Source of the DNA: an uncultured virus (IMG/VR IMGVR_UViG_3300032323_001292) | Taxonomy: Duplodnaviria > Heunggongvirae > Uroviricota > Caudoviricetes | IMG/VR virus record: IMGVR_UViG_3300032323_001292 | Strand: one strand, 5' to 3' | DNA: 32,642 nucleotides | Shown: in pieces, positions 8,588 to 17,107 of the stretch | How the letters are laid out: each line of letters begins with the position of its first letter | Position numbering within the stretch: position 1 is the stretch's first letter | The notes under the pieces: model-generated | What the model saw: only the letters and a program-made list of their open reading frames with translations | Told to the model about the DNA's origin: nothing | Databases searched by the model: none | Program-made: the position numbers and the translations under genes

Positions 8588-10795
8588 CTAGGAAGCCCTA
8601 GATACTTCTTTTATTCGTTCTTTTACAATCATAGTTGCTACTTTTAACAAGTCCTTTGGAGTATCAACTGCATTGAATAGAGTGCAGTTGTGCTTAACGA
8701 ACTTCTGCAACTCCCTTTCCTCTTTAGCGTCATGCTTTGCAAGTCTTATTCTATTTTGGATATATTCTGTTTGACCATAATATACAAGGCTTGATATAAC
8801 TCCTGAGTCGTTCATGCTTTGTATTGTTAAGTTACAAGTAGTATCGTTTGACCAATAGCCGTCAGTAACTACAAGTAACAATCTTGTTTGTCTTTTACTT
8901 TTAACTAATATCTGCTCGGCTAATCTAAGAGCCTCAGTAGGGTCGGTGCAACCACTAGATTCTACTGCACGAAAGGCATTGGTAGCCTTTTCATGCTTCT
9001 CGTATAATTTTCTAGCAGTTCCATTGAAAGTTAATACTGTTACATCACCCTGTATTTTCTCGATACCACGCTTCATAGCCCATGTTGCTTGGCATACTTC
9101 TTGCATGGAGTTCATCATTGAACCTGAGTTATCTAATAGGATTACTGCTTCAATATCACATGCGTCTGACCCCTCACTCCATTTATCAAATAAAGTATCA
9201 AGGCTGTTAATATCACGCTTCATGGCTCGTTGGATATTTAATCTGCCACTTGGAGTTTCTTGTTCCCACATTGGGTCTAAGTCGGTTCTTAGTCGTTCTA
9301 ATTCATTACCGAACTTAGTTGCCATAGATGAGTAAGAGGTGTTTGGAAGCGCTTTGTAGTGGTTTGCTTTGCGTAATGGATTCCTAACGCTATCCTCATT
9401 AGCAATAGACTTACGAATATCCTTATTCTTTTGTTTGACATCACTATTAGATACTAATTCACTCATGCGCTTATTTATTTCACTAATAGCGTTGTCACTT
9501 AACTTAGAGTTCTTAGTCTTATTGCGTTGTTCATTACTATCAGTATTATTATTAGAGTCATTATCAGTATTGTTATCAGGGCTATTACCATTATCAGTAT
9601 CAGTATTGTCGCTTTCTGTTGGTAATTGTAATTCGTCACTTTCGCCTGTTGGAGTTGCGTAGTCTTGTTCCTTTTGACCTATTGGGCGACCCTTACCATT
9701 GAAAGGTTGGTTACTGCACCCTACTGCTTCCTTTTGGGCGTTACCTTGAGGTAGTGCTACATATTTACTGAACTTCTCGATAATATCCATACCCTTTTGA
9801 TAATCGCGTGGATAAGATAACAAGCGATATTCATTAACAAGGTTGGCAATATCCTGCATTATTTCTGCTGTCAATACTTGTTTGTGTTGATTAACAATTT
9901 CTTGACGAATATCAAGGCTGATATATTTAGCACCATAGACTCTGGCAAACAATTCTGGTCTAAGACTAACAAGCCCATTAGTGTTTAACACATGGCGATA
10001 AAAGGTTGATTCAATAAAAGGCTTGGTACTTGGATACATGGCTATCAGTTTAGTTTCTATTCTTATGTCCTCTAATAACTGACAAGTTGCTAGATATTGC
10101 TTTTCCATTACCCATTTAGCAAACTTTGTATTTACTCTAGGTGAGAATAAGATATGGGCTAACTCATGATAGTTAATACCATTTAATACTGTTAATGCTT
10201 CGTCAGTAAGATTGGTAATATCATCAAGTACGGCTTTATTAAGGCTGATAATCTTGCCGTCTGTCCATGCTGGATTAGGTTTATCAGGTTCATTAACTAC
10301 CTTGACATCTATTGTCTCACTAGATAGCACACTATCAGCCTTAGCATATACGGCTGTTAATGAATCTATCTTGGAAGTAGTATCAGATTGGAATTGTCTG
10401 AACTCTTGTATTTTAATTTCTCGGTCTTGTTCATCTTTCCAATTTAATTCTTGAACTTCGTTATGAATACTATCAAGCCTGTTTATCATCTCTGATAATA
10501 CTTTCATAGTATTAGCCTTGTAATCATCAGACATTAAGTTGGTGTAATCAACTTCTAATAGAGTTCCGTAAGAGTCGTCTCTAACCCTTTCTATTGCCCA
10601 AAGAGATATATGTCTAATAGGAGTTTCAAGTATTTTAGTAAAATCATTAGTTATTTCTACTAAGAATAACTTTACTGTGTCCTCATCTATTACATCACTA
10701 TCTAATAAGTCTGCATTTCTATAAAAGTAATTGTGCTTACTTCCATAGCCGTCGTCATGCCAATTTCTTAATACTTTATCTGTCAAGGCTGACAT
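8588..10795 (-). CDS. Metallopeptidase-like + von Willebrand factor A domain protein (MoxR/CobT-type partner)
   Basis: YHELAH (HExxH) plus LEDIRIE, an N/D/S/T low-complexity linker, and MIDAS residues DNSGS, T and VVTDG. Confidence 0.85.
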   Translation of the reverse strand: MSALTDKVLRNWHDDGYGSKHNYFYRNADLLDSDVIDEDTVKLFLVEITNDFTKILETPIRHISLWAIERVRDDSYGTLLEVDYTNLMSDDYKANTMKVLSEMINRLDSIHNEVQELNWKDEQDREIKIQEFRQFQSDTTSKIDSLTAVYAKADSVLSSETIDVKVVNEPDKPNPAWTDGKIISLNKAVLDDITNLTDEALTVLNGINYHELAHILFSPRVNTKFAKWVMEKQYLATCQLLEDIRIETKLIAMYPSTKPFIESTFYRHVLNTNGLVSLRPELFARVYGAKYISLDIRQEIVNQHKQVLTAEIMQDIANLVNEYRLLSYPRDYQKGMDIIEKFSKYVALPQGNAQKEAVGCSNQPFNGKGRPIGQKEQDYATPTGESDELQLPTESDNTDTDNGNSPDNNTDNDSNNNTDSNEQRNKTKNSKLSDNAISEINKRMSELVSNSDVKQKNKDIRKSIANEDSVRNPLRKANHYKALPNTSYSSMATKFGNELERLRTDLDPMWEQETPSGRLNIQRAMKRDINSLDTLFDKWSEGSDACDIEAVILLDNSGSMMNSMQEVCQATWAMKRGIEKIQGDVTVLTFNGTARKLYEKHEKATNAFRAVESSGCTDPTEALRLAEQILVKSKRQTRLLLVVTDGYWSNDTTCNLTIQSMNDSGVISSLVYYGQTEYIQNRIRLAKHDAKEERELQKFVKHNCTLFNAVDTPKDLLKVATMIVKERIKEVSRAS

Positions 10796-12141
10796 TATAG
10801 GTTCACTTCACTTTCAGTAACAACCTTGTTAGTTGCAGGTGCTAGGTCAGTAACAAGATTGGCTTTGTGAGTTTCCATAACTAACTTAACTGCTTGGCGT
10901 TCATGTTCAGCAAATCCATTTACGAAACAATAAGTTGCGTAATCAAGTCCTAAGTTATTAGCATTGTTAATGAACGATACTAACTTACGAGTTGATATTG
11001 GAGTTTCGATTGCTTCCTTATCAAACTCATCTCGGAGTTGATTAGCAAGGTTGATAAGAGCAGGGCTTTTAACTAACTTGGTTTCAATAGCCTTGTCATA
11101 AGGGAACTCGATTATATGGTGGAATCTATCTTTCCATGCTTGGTTCATTGGTCGAGTACCACGATAGTTAGGGTTCATATCAGCGATTACTAATAACTCA
11201 TTATGAGCCTTGATAACTTCGCCGTTATTATCCATGAGTTGTATTTCTCGTCTAGCGTCTAGTAGTCCGAACAATACTGTAGTTACTCGTTCTGGCATAA
11301 AATTAACTTCGTTCAGTAATAATACGCCACCATTACGAACTAACTCGGTTACTGCGCCGTCTTGCCAACGGAAGTGTCCGTCTGGGGTTGGAATCCATTT
11401 ACCGAATAGTTGGCTTGCTTCTAATCCAATATGAGATGAGACATTGTAATATCTATGTCCTCTGGCACTTGCGTATGCCAATACTGACATTGTCTTACCT
11501 GACCCTGCATGTCCCTCTAATAGGATATTTTCATGGTTACGCATGGCATTGTCATATACCTCAAACTCGGTGAGGTTATTAACTAACTTGCGAGTAATGT
11601 AATCTCGACTCCATTTCATATCTGGAATCGTTGCCATTTCCATAGAATAACTATGCTGTTTTTCTGGGGCTTGTATATCTACATTAACTACCCTATTAGT
11701 TACTTCCTGTTCATAAGGAATAGGTCTAAGGATAATAGGATTGTTCCTACGATTGTCAGTAACTAGATTGTTAAGAGTCTCGTCGGCTGACTTTAATCTA
11801 TCTACTAATTCTTGGACTAACTTATCGTGTGGTTGTGATAGTCCTAATACTGTTCCATGAGTCTCATTGGCTCTAATAGCCTTGACACCTAGAGTAGATA
11901 CATTGTTTCTTGATAAGGCTTCTATATCCCTATCGGTCAAGATAACTGCAATAGGGCTTTTAGTCACTACACTTTCAGGCATATCTAACTGAGTTGTTAC
12001 CTGCCATAGATAGCGACCTTGTGGATTAGATAAATCTAATTGTCGGGCGAATATCTTTACTTCTGTTGGAGTCGGGGTAATCAAGGTCTGATTAACTAGA
12101 CTATCTGTCTCATTACTTTCTACATAGATACCTATGCTCAT
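10795..12141 (-). CDS. MoxR/CbbQ/CobS-type AAA+ ATPase with N-terminal extension
   Basis: Walker A GHAGSGKT, WQDG, Walker B-like VLLLNEVN, MNPNYRGTRPMNQAWKDRF and ISTR. Coupled to the VWA gene. Confidence 0.9.
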   Translation of the reverse strand: MSIGIYVESNETDSLVNQTLITPTPTEVKIFARQLDLSNPQGRYLWQVTTQLDMPESVVTKSPIAVILTDRDIEALSRNNVSTLGVKAIRANETHGTVLGLSQPHDKLVQELVDRLKSADETLNNLVTDNRRNNPIILRPIPYEQEVTNRVVNVDIQAPEKQHSYSMEMATIPDMKWSRDYITRKLVNNLTEFEVYDNAMRNHENILLEGHAGSGKTMSVLAYASARGHRYYNVSSHIGLEASQLFGKWIPTPDGHFRWQDGAVTELVRNGGVLLLNEVNFMPERVTTVLFGLLDARREIQLMDNNGEVIKAHNELLVIADMNPNYRGTRPMNQAWKDRFHHIIEFPYDKAIETKLVKSPALINLANQLRDEFDKEAIETPISTRKLVSFINNANNLGLDYATYCFVNGFAEHERQAVKLVMETHKANLVTDLAPATNKVVTESEVNL

Positions 12142-12516
12142 GCTTTGTCCCTTGCTTGGTCATGGCTTGTCCCATGATAGTTCGAGCGTAATGGATAACT
12201 TCTAATAAGACAAGTCGGGGGAAGCCTATAAAGGTCACAGTTCGATAACAATTACCACGCCCCAAGTCGGGGGATTACTGATGAAGCATAAGAGCCTTAT
12301 TAACCATATATAGAGGGATAGTCTATATCTCTATCCTGTTATTGTTGCAGACCTGCTGTTATCACTATAACTAGCCTGACAGTATGTCAAAAATCTGGTC
12401 GTAGTCCTACGGACTCGCTATCAGGGCTGACAGTAGCCGATAATAGGATAGTTAGTGGGCTACTCTCTCCTCTCTCATTACCATAGGTGCTCTCTCTTTT
12501 CAATAGAGTTGGCAGA

Positions 12517-12536
12517 ATTGTTATAGAATCGTTATA
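12517..12536 (-). promoter_or_regulatory. Tandem RTAACRAT box, copy 1
   Basis: The - strand reads ATAACGAT-TCT-ATAACAAT, with TTGAAA at 12503-12498 downstream. Confidence 0.7.
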
Positions 12537-12545
12537 AAGCGCAGA

Positions 12546-12641
12546 TGTTTGTGTTGGCAAGCTGCGCTTGCCAAATCAGCAGCCCAAAGGGCTTCATTAA
12601 AGGGTGGGTATATTAAATATAAGGGTGGGTCAACACAAACA
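12546..12641. repeat. GTTTGTGTTG-terminated inverted-repeat element, copy 1 (degenerate interior)
   Basis: TGTTTGTGTTG (12546-12556) and CAACACAAACA (12631-12641). The interior has small hairpins and two AAGGGTGGGT copies. Confidence 0.8.
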
Positions 12642-12680
12642 AAATGCCCCACAAGCCAGCGTTAACCGACCTGTGAGGCA
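12641..12680 (-). terminator. Intrinsic terminator
   Basis: The - strand reads TGCCTCACAGGTCGG-TTAACG-CTGGCTTGTGGGGCA-TTTTGTTT, with G.U pairs on the - strand. Confidence 0.75.
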
Positions 12681-12700
12681 CAATTAAATAACAAGCTTGA

Positions 12701-12985
12701 TTACCAAGCACTATATAAATCAACTGCTATTTCTACCTTGAATAGTGTTACCTCTACATGTAAGTTTATCCAACTACCATACTTCTTTGCATTGATATCA
12801 ACCCCAAACCATTTTTCTGGTTTTTGTGTTACACCTAAACTTGCGTCAAAACCAATAGAAAAGGTATTTGTTATATTTATGCCCATGTCAAAGCCATTCA
12901 TATAACGATAACTATCCTTTTCTATGTTAAACCAATCGTTTAATGGTCTTACCCATACCAAAGGTTCGTCTTTTACTACTGTCAT
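12701..12985 (-). CDS. Hypothetical protein
   Basis: 94-aa ORF, AAGGAG RBS. Confidence 0.7.
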   Translation of the reverse strand: MTVVKDEPLVWVRPLNDWFNIEKDSYRYMNGFDMGINITNTFSIGFDASLGVTQKPEKWFGVDINAKKYGSWINLHVEVTLFKVEIAVDLYSAW

Positions 12986-13077
12986 TTACTTGCTCCTTTT
13001 AATAGTTGTGTAACAAGGCTGGCAGTCGGTATGATTACCAGCCTTGTTGTATCTACCCTATTGTTTAGATAGGCTTA

Positions 13078-13275
13078 TTAGCAATCGCAGTTAGTGCAAT
13101 TGCATGAACTAACTAGCAGTTCATCGTGGGTACGACCTAAGTGGTCGCATGCTTCTAAAGGTAGTGACCAAGTATCTGACCACCCGAACTCCTTGACCTT
13201 TAGCGTTAATTGACCTTGTGGACTAATTTCTGCTAGATAATAGGATTGTCCGTTCTTAAATATATGCTGGCTCAT
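13078..13275 (-). CDS. Hypothetical protein with Cys-rich C-terminus
   Basis: 65-aa ORF coupled to the upstream gene. Confidence 0.65.
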   Translation of the reverse strand: MSQHIFKNGQSYYLAEISPQGQLTLKVKEFGWSDTWSLPLEACDHLGRTHDELLVSSCNCTNCDC

Positions 13276-13493
13276 CAGCGACCTACATATCTATCTTGTA
13301 AGTCTTTCTTTAGTAGAGTCCATTGGTCAGGGGTCATGCGTTGTACTTCTTCAATAGCCCCGATTAACAGTTCAACTGCATCTGTTTTCTTCCAGTATTG
13401 GTGTGTCTTGACATTGTCGATAACATTACCGAAGAACATAGCAACCACGTTCCTGTGTTGGTCAGTTGTCATTGTCATTGGCTTGGTCGTCAT
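13275..13493 (-). CDS. Hypothetical protein
   Basis: 72-aa ORF, GAAAGGGA RBS. Confidence 0.65.
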   Translation of the reverse strand: MTTKPMTMTTDQHRNVVAMFFGNVIDNVKTHQYWKKTDAVELLIGAIEEVQRMTPDQWTLLKKDLQDRYVGR

Positions 13494-13995
13494 TGTATTC
13501 CCTTTCTAGTATTGAGTAAGGTGTTAGTTCTGCGTTGCCCTTTAATCCCTCTGCCAGTAGTTCACTTGGCATACCTGATAGTAATGAGCCTATTACCATT
13601 ACTGCCATGCGTGGTATTCCACACTCGAATACCTCGTTAGCCATAATGATATTCATTAAGCATTTGATTGCTTCAACCTTTTGGTCTGCAACTACACATA
13701 ATAAGGCTGTTACACATAAAGCGTTGATGATGTCGTCACCAGCATTTTTTTGTGCTTCCTCAGCGTCTCCCTCATAAAGAGAGGCTGTCTGTATAATTGA
13801 CATAGCCAATTTGTTAGACCACTCATCTTTGTCACCAATACGACCTGCTTGACAAAGTAGTGCGTCTCTTAGGTTTATATCTGAAAAGCCTTTTAGTCTG
13901 TTTGGTAAGACAAGAGAATCCTCGTTGTCTAAGTCCATAAGACTAACTGCCGTACAGATTTCGTCGAACCTGTGCTTGCGTTCCTCTAATAACAT
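13462..13995 (-). CDS. Helical protein, possibly DUF4192-like
   Basis: DINLRDALL and MAVMVIGSLLSGMPSE recall the actinobacterial DUF4192 C-terminal half. Start moved to the ATG at 13995 because the GAAAGGAC RBS precedes it. Confidence 0.55.
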   Translation of the reverse strand: MLLEERKHRFDEICTAVSLMDLDNEDSLVLPNRLKGFSDINLRDALLCQAGRIGDKDEWSNKLAMSIIQTASLYEGDAEEAQKNAGDDIINALCVTALLCVVADQKVEAIKCLMNIIMANEVFECGIPRMAVMVIGSLLSGMPSELLAEGLKGNAELTPYSILEREYNDDQANDNDN

Positions 13996-14022
13996 ATTGC
14001 GTCCTTTCGGGTAGATGTAATT

Positions 14023-14085
14023 ACCTTGCCCTATATCTGGGGAAGTTGTCAATAGGGCAAGATAAATTGTTATCTAATTGTTACC
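14023..14085 (-). promoter_or_regulatory. Tandem RTAACRAT box (copy 2) with TTGACA promoter
   Basis: The - strand reads GTAACAAT-TAG-ATAACAAT (14084-14066), then TTGACA (14052-14047), 18 bp, CAAGGT. A CTTGCCCTAT/ATAGGGCAAG inverted repeat brackets the -35. Confidence 0.7.
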
Positions 14086-14566
14086 AACTAGATTGGTATA
14101 TATAAGTGGTCATGCCATCATCAACACTATTCTCTAATAGTCTTGTTATGTCGTCATGAGTTTGTTGTATATCTCCGAAATACCACTCATTTATCTCGGT
14201 GTTACCAAAGAAGAAGCCTGCTGTTGGTTCTAACAGGTTTGGTTGTTTGGTATCTAATACCTTTTTACAAAGGTCGCGTAACTCCTCTAGTTGGATACGG
14301 CTAACGCTATATTGCTCGCAGTTATCCTTACCACCTTGAACATTACGAACGAACCACCCATGCACAGCATTGACTTTGCGCCAATACACTACAGGGATGT
14401 CCACTTGGATACCAACAAAGCCGTCTTGTTCTACTATGTCCTGAACGCCTAATACGTCAATAACCTTGTTAAAGGTTTCGTTGTCAGGATAGGTATTACC
14501 AACTGCCTTGCTCATCTCTTTTCTTGGTACATATCTGCGTGCAGATAAATACATATCTAACCCCAT
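14081..14566 (-). CDS. Conserved phage protein of unknown function (MGLDMYL / YWRK / GFFFG family)
   Basis: MGLDMYL, YWRKVNAVHGWF, DNC, GFFFG and a terminal YQSSW. GAAAGGACAAGT RBS. Confidence 0.8.
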   Translation of the reverse strand: MGLDMYLSARRYVPRKEMSKAVGNTYPDNETFNKVIDVLGVQDIVEQDGFVGIQVDIPVVYWRKVNAVHGWFVRNVQGGKDNCEQYSVSRIQLEELRDLCKKVLDTKQPNLLEPTAGFFFGNTEINEWYFGDIQQTHDDITRLLENSVDDGMTTYIYQSSW

Positions 14567-14605
14567 ACTTGTCCTTTCTCTTACATAGTCGGGCTTGATA
14601 CCTCT

Positions 14606-14655
14606 AGCATATACTCTCTTTCTCTTAATCCAATAGACGTTACCAAATCGTTACA
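14606..14655 (-). promoter_or_regulatory. Tandem RTAACRAT box (copy 3) plus -10 element
   Basis: GTAACGAT-TTG-GTAAC (14654-14639), 27 bp, then TATGCT (14611-14606). Confidence 0.75.
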
Positions 14656-14673
14656 ATCGCGTGCAATAGGCTT

Positions 14674-14735
14674 GTTTGTGTTGGAGGCTATATGGCTAAA
14701 TAGCTACAGCCTGCCATATAGCCTCCAACACAAAC
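14674..14735. repeat. GTTTGTGTTGG palindromic element, copy 2 (perfect 23-bp arms, 16-nt spacer)
   Basis: GTTTGTGTTGGAGGCTATATGGC (14674-14696) is the exact reverse complement of 14713-14735. Confidence 0.95.
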
Positions 14736-14744
14736 TATCTTGTT

Positions 14745-14790
14745 AAAATAAAAAAGCCCCCACCGATTAAGGTGAGGGCTAATTTTTTAT
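14745..14790 (-). terminator. Intrinsic terminator (possibly bidirectional)
   Basis: The - strand reads AGCCCTCACC-TTAATC-GGTGGGGGCT-TTTTTATTTT. Confidence 0.85.
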
Positions 14791-14954
14791 TAAGCGTTTT
14801 CAAGTTCACTTAAGTATGAGTAACAGATACGGATTGCGTCATCTGGTCCTTCACACTCACGGATTTCCTTTTCGAACGCGTCTGTACTTTTACCTGCTCG
14901 TCTGTACTGTTTATAAACGTCAGCCATAACGTAGCGTGGGTCTAAGTCAAACAT
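14790..14954 (-). CDS. Hypothetical protein (not in ORF track)
   Basis: Manual translation, 54 aa: MFDLDPRYVMADVYKQYRRAG...YLSELENA*. GAAAGGACAAG RBS. Confidence 0.75.
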   Translation of the reverse strand: MFDLDPRYVMADVYKQYRRAGKSTDAFEKEIRECEGPDDAIRICYSYLSELENA

Positions 14955-15013
14955 GTCTTGTCCTTTCTAATAGGGTTGTTAGGTAGGGGGCGCTTTCACG
15001 CCCCCCGATTGCA

Positions 15014-16006
15014 CTAGGCTACTAGGGAGCCTACTGCTGTGAGTATCCTTGCCTTTTCAGCATTGACCACGGGGTCAAAGCCAGAGGCGGCAGCAAGTAC
15101 TCCTTCTTGCGTGCCTTTCCGCCCGACGCGGAAGTAATCTAAGCGCTCAGTTAGGGTATTAAACAATCCCCATGCTGTGCCCTTAATGTTGGCGTTGGTA
15201 GGTGACACGTTATAGATATCACCAATCAAGTCCATTTTATTTTGCCACTTAGTTAAAGCAGCGGGTGTAGTATCAGGCTTTGGATATAGCGCTGTGACTA
15301 CGTCATTGAACACTTTAGGTGTTACCTTGTGCTCGAACATTTTCTTGGCTAGTGCCTCGAATGTGTCCATGTGGTTGAATGTCAGGCCTAGTGCTGTACG
15401 TGCTAGGTCTAACTTACCTTGAACTGTGGCTGTGTGACGTATCTTGAAAGATTGCTTGGAACCTTTCAAAGCCATGTTCAGTGTGTTCTGGCAAACCACT
15501 CTCACTGGTGTGATGTTGGCTTGCACGGCTGTTGAGCCGTCATGTGAGGTGTGCACTAGAAGATAAGTAACAGTCTTATCATTAGCGCCCTTGGGGTCTA
15601 AGATGAATTCGCGAGGTACGGCTAATGAACCGAATACCACACGGCCGTCTTTGATTGAGCCTGCGCTCTCCCACTTAGCACCACCGTCTAGTAAGGCATC
15701 GCCAAAATCGAACAGTTGTTCGTTCTGTAATACCTTGTAGCGCTCACCTACGACAGCGAGCACGTCAGTGCCGTTATCGAATGGGTTAGTGCGTGTAACA
15801 AAATAGTTATCCTTAGTATTACGATAACCGTCGGGCAGAGCGACCTGTTCTAACTGTACGTTCCAGTTATCTAGGTGCGCTGTCTTCAACATGTCGGCTG
15901 TCTTAATGTCAGCGTCCTTATCGAAGAGAGTGCCGAGGCCATGCCATGCTGGCTCACCTCGTAGTGCGAAGGCAACGTCGTTGCCGTTCATCTCTAAGTC
16001 ATGCAT
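15014..16006 (-). CDS. DUF932 / phage-plasmid TIGR03299-like protein
   Basis: PAWHGLG, VVGERYKVLQN, ESAGSIKDG, YLLVHTSHDGS, PVRVVCQNTL, IRHT and GTAWGLFN. Start placed at the ATG at 16006, after the GAAAGGAC RBS. Confidence 0.9.
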   Translation of the reverse strand: MHDLEMNGNDVAFALRGEPAWHGLGTLFDKDADIKTADMLKTAHLDNWNVQLEQVALPDGYRNTKDNYFVTRTNPFDNGTDVLAVVGERYKVLQNEQLFDFGDALLDGGAKWESAGSIKDGRVVFGSLAVPREFILDPKGANDKTVTYLLVHTSHDGSTAVQANITPVRVVCQNTLNMALKGSKQSFKIRHTATVQGKLDLARTALGLTFNHMDTFEALAKKMFEHKVTPKVFNDVVTALYPKPDTTPAALTKWQNKMDLIGDIYNVSPTNANIKGTAWGLFNTLTERLDYFRVGRKGTQEGVLAAASGFDPVVNAEKARILTAVGSLVA

Positions 16007-16054
16007 GAGATGTGTCCTTTCTATGATGTAACACCGTGTTACTCTCATGTATTA

Positions 16055-16104
16055 AGTATGTCAGTCTTAGTACTCTCATTTGAAGATGTTATCGAATCGT
16101 TATA
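16055..16104 (-). promoter_or_regulatory. Tandem RTAACRAT box (copy 4) plus -10 element
   Basis: ATAACGAT-TCG-ATAAC (16103-16088), 27 bp, then CATACT (16060-16055). Confidence 0.7.
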
Positions 16105-16115
16105 ATTGCCCCGTA

Positions 16116-16189
16116 TGTTTGTGTTGGGGCTATGGGGCTGTGGGCAAATGCTTTAACAGCAGCCCAGCCCCATAGCCCCAACACAAACA
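16116..16189. repeat. GTTTGTGTTGG palindromic element, copy 3 (perfect 25-bp arms, 24-nt spacer)
   Basis: TGTTTGTGTTGGGGCTATGGGGCTG (16116-16140) is the exact reverse complement of 16165-16189. Confidence 0.95.
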
Positions 16190-16214
16190 AAAAGGCCACC
16201 CTTGCGGGTGGCCT
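16185..16214 (-). terminator. Intrinsic terminator
   Basis: The - strand reads AGGCCACCC-GCAA-GGGTGGCCT-TTTTGTTT, with a GNRA tetraloop. Confidence 0.9.
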
Positions 16215-16229
16215 CAATGTTTTCCGGGG

Positions 16230-16409
16230 TTAGCAGAAACCTTTTTCTATTTCGTTATCAACTATACCACCTGGTGTGATTATGTCTATCACGCCTCGTA
16301 GTAGTAAGTCATCTAACAAGTTAGATACTATCTGTAACCTTGGGTCAGCTTCCATATTATCTTGAACAATATGTAGCATGCGCTCGATTGTGTCAGGTGC
16401 GTAGTTCAT
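16230..16409 (-). CDS. Hypothetical protein
   Basis: Probable start MNYAPD at 16409, giving an ATGA overlap with the upstream gene. Confidence 0.6.
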   Translation of the reverse strand: MNYAPDTIERMLHIVQDNMEADPRLQIVSNLLDDLLLRGVIDIITPGGIVDNEIEKGFC

Positions 16410-16546
16410 CGTGACTTCCAACATGTAAAGCACCAGAACCCATAGAGTCCATTCATGTATGTAATACGACCGACTACATCATCTATATCTAGGTTGGTCT
16501 TACAACCCTCGCACTCGAATACATCTATTACTTCCTTGGTTTTCAC
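16406..16546 (-). CDS. Small CxxC...CxxC zinc-finger protein (not in ORF track)
   Basis: GTG start after GAAAGGACAA, 46 aa: MKTKEVIDVFECEGCK...FWCFTCWKSR*. 4-nt overlaps at both ends. Confidence 0.7.
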   Translation of the reverse strand: MKTKEVIDVFECEGCKTNLDIDDVVGRITYMNGLYGFWCFTCWKSR

Positions 16547-16731
16547 TTGTTGTCCTTTCCATAGAGTTGGTCTAACAATTCGCCTTGCTTGTTTAGATTA
16601 GCAATAAGGTTATCAATCTCACCCATTGCTTGCTTGTGTCTAATGCGTGTGCACTTGCCACATATCTTGTGCTTGGTGAGGGCGACCAGTAGGTCGCCCT
16701 CACTTCCACATTGCTTACATTGTGAGTTCAT
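16543..16731 (-). CDS. Small CxxC...CxxC zinc-finger protein
   Basis: CKQC and CGKC motifs. Confidence 0.7.
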   Translation of the reverse strand: MNSQCKQCGSEGDLLVALTKHKICGKCTRIRHKQAMGEIDNLIANLNKQGELLDQLYGKDNK

Positions 16732-16991
16732 ACCAGCGCCAAGTCTGGCGTGTTAACTGCACGCTTGAGATAGTTTTGGTGCTTGCTTGTAGTCATTGAA
16801 TACTTTTGGGTATCTAGTATCCACTTTTCATCGGCTAAGTAATAAGTGCCGATACATTGACGATATGAATAGACTTGGTATTCGCCTTGTCCCTCGTCGT
16901 CTGACCACTTGCCCCAGAAATTACCAGCGTTGAACTCGCGCTTGTGTACTATCTCATTCATTGCTAGTCGGGCGTTTATTCTTTTAGTCAT
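16728..16991 (-). CDS. Conserved phage hypothetical protein (VYSY...YSxTTSKHQ family)
   Basis: Recognisable recurrent phage motif, AAAGGACAAG RBS. Confidence 0.75.
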   Translation of the reverse strand: MTKRINARLAMNEIVHKREFNAGNFWGKWSDDEGQGEYQVYSYRQCIGTYYLADEKWILDTQKYSMTTSKHQNYLKRAVNTPDLALV

Positions 16992-17005
16992 TGCTTGTCC
17001 TTTTC

Positions 17006-17107
17006 TTAGTACCAGTTGAAATTAGTTAGGGCTAGTCCTATTACTAACCCTATTACTATCGGAACTACATACCACACTACGAACTCGCCTCTTTTGGTTA
17101 GTTTCAT
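17006..17107 (-). CDS. Tiny single-pass membrane protein (not in ORF track)
   Basis: 33 aa: MKLTKRGEFVVWYVVPIVIGLVIGLALTNFNWY*. ATGA overlap with the upstream gene. Confidence 0.65.
   Translation of the reverse strand: MKLTKRGEFVVWYVVPIVIGLVIGLALTNFNWY

Noticed and set aside
12397..12424. Hammerhead-ribozyme-like string on the - strand (CTGATAGCGAGTCCGTAGGACTACGA), and CTGATGA at 12278
   Set aside because: The core is not CUGANGA directly joined to stem II, and no GAAA follows. Stems I and III could not be built.
12546..16189. Palindromic elements as integron attC sites, CRISPR repeats or MITEs
   Set aside because: The GTT...AAC order is the reverse of attC (RYYYAAC...GTTRRRY). Spacing is kilobases rather than spacer-sized, no consistent target-site duplication is visible, and there is no integrase, Cas or transposase in the window.
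17025..17053. Hairpin TAGGGCTAGT...ACTAACCCTA as an intergenic element
   Set aside because: It lies inside the 33-aa membrane-protein ORF at 17006-17107 and can arise from its IGL/VIG codons.
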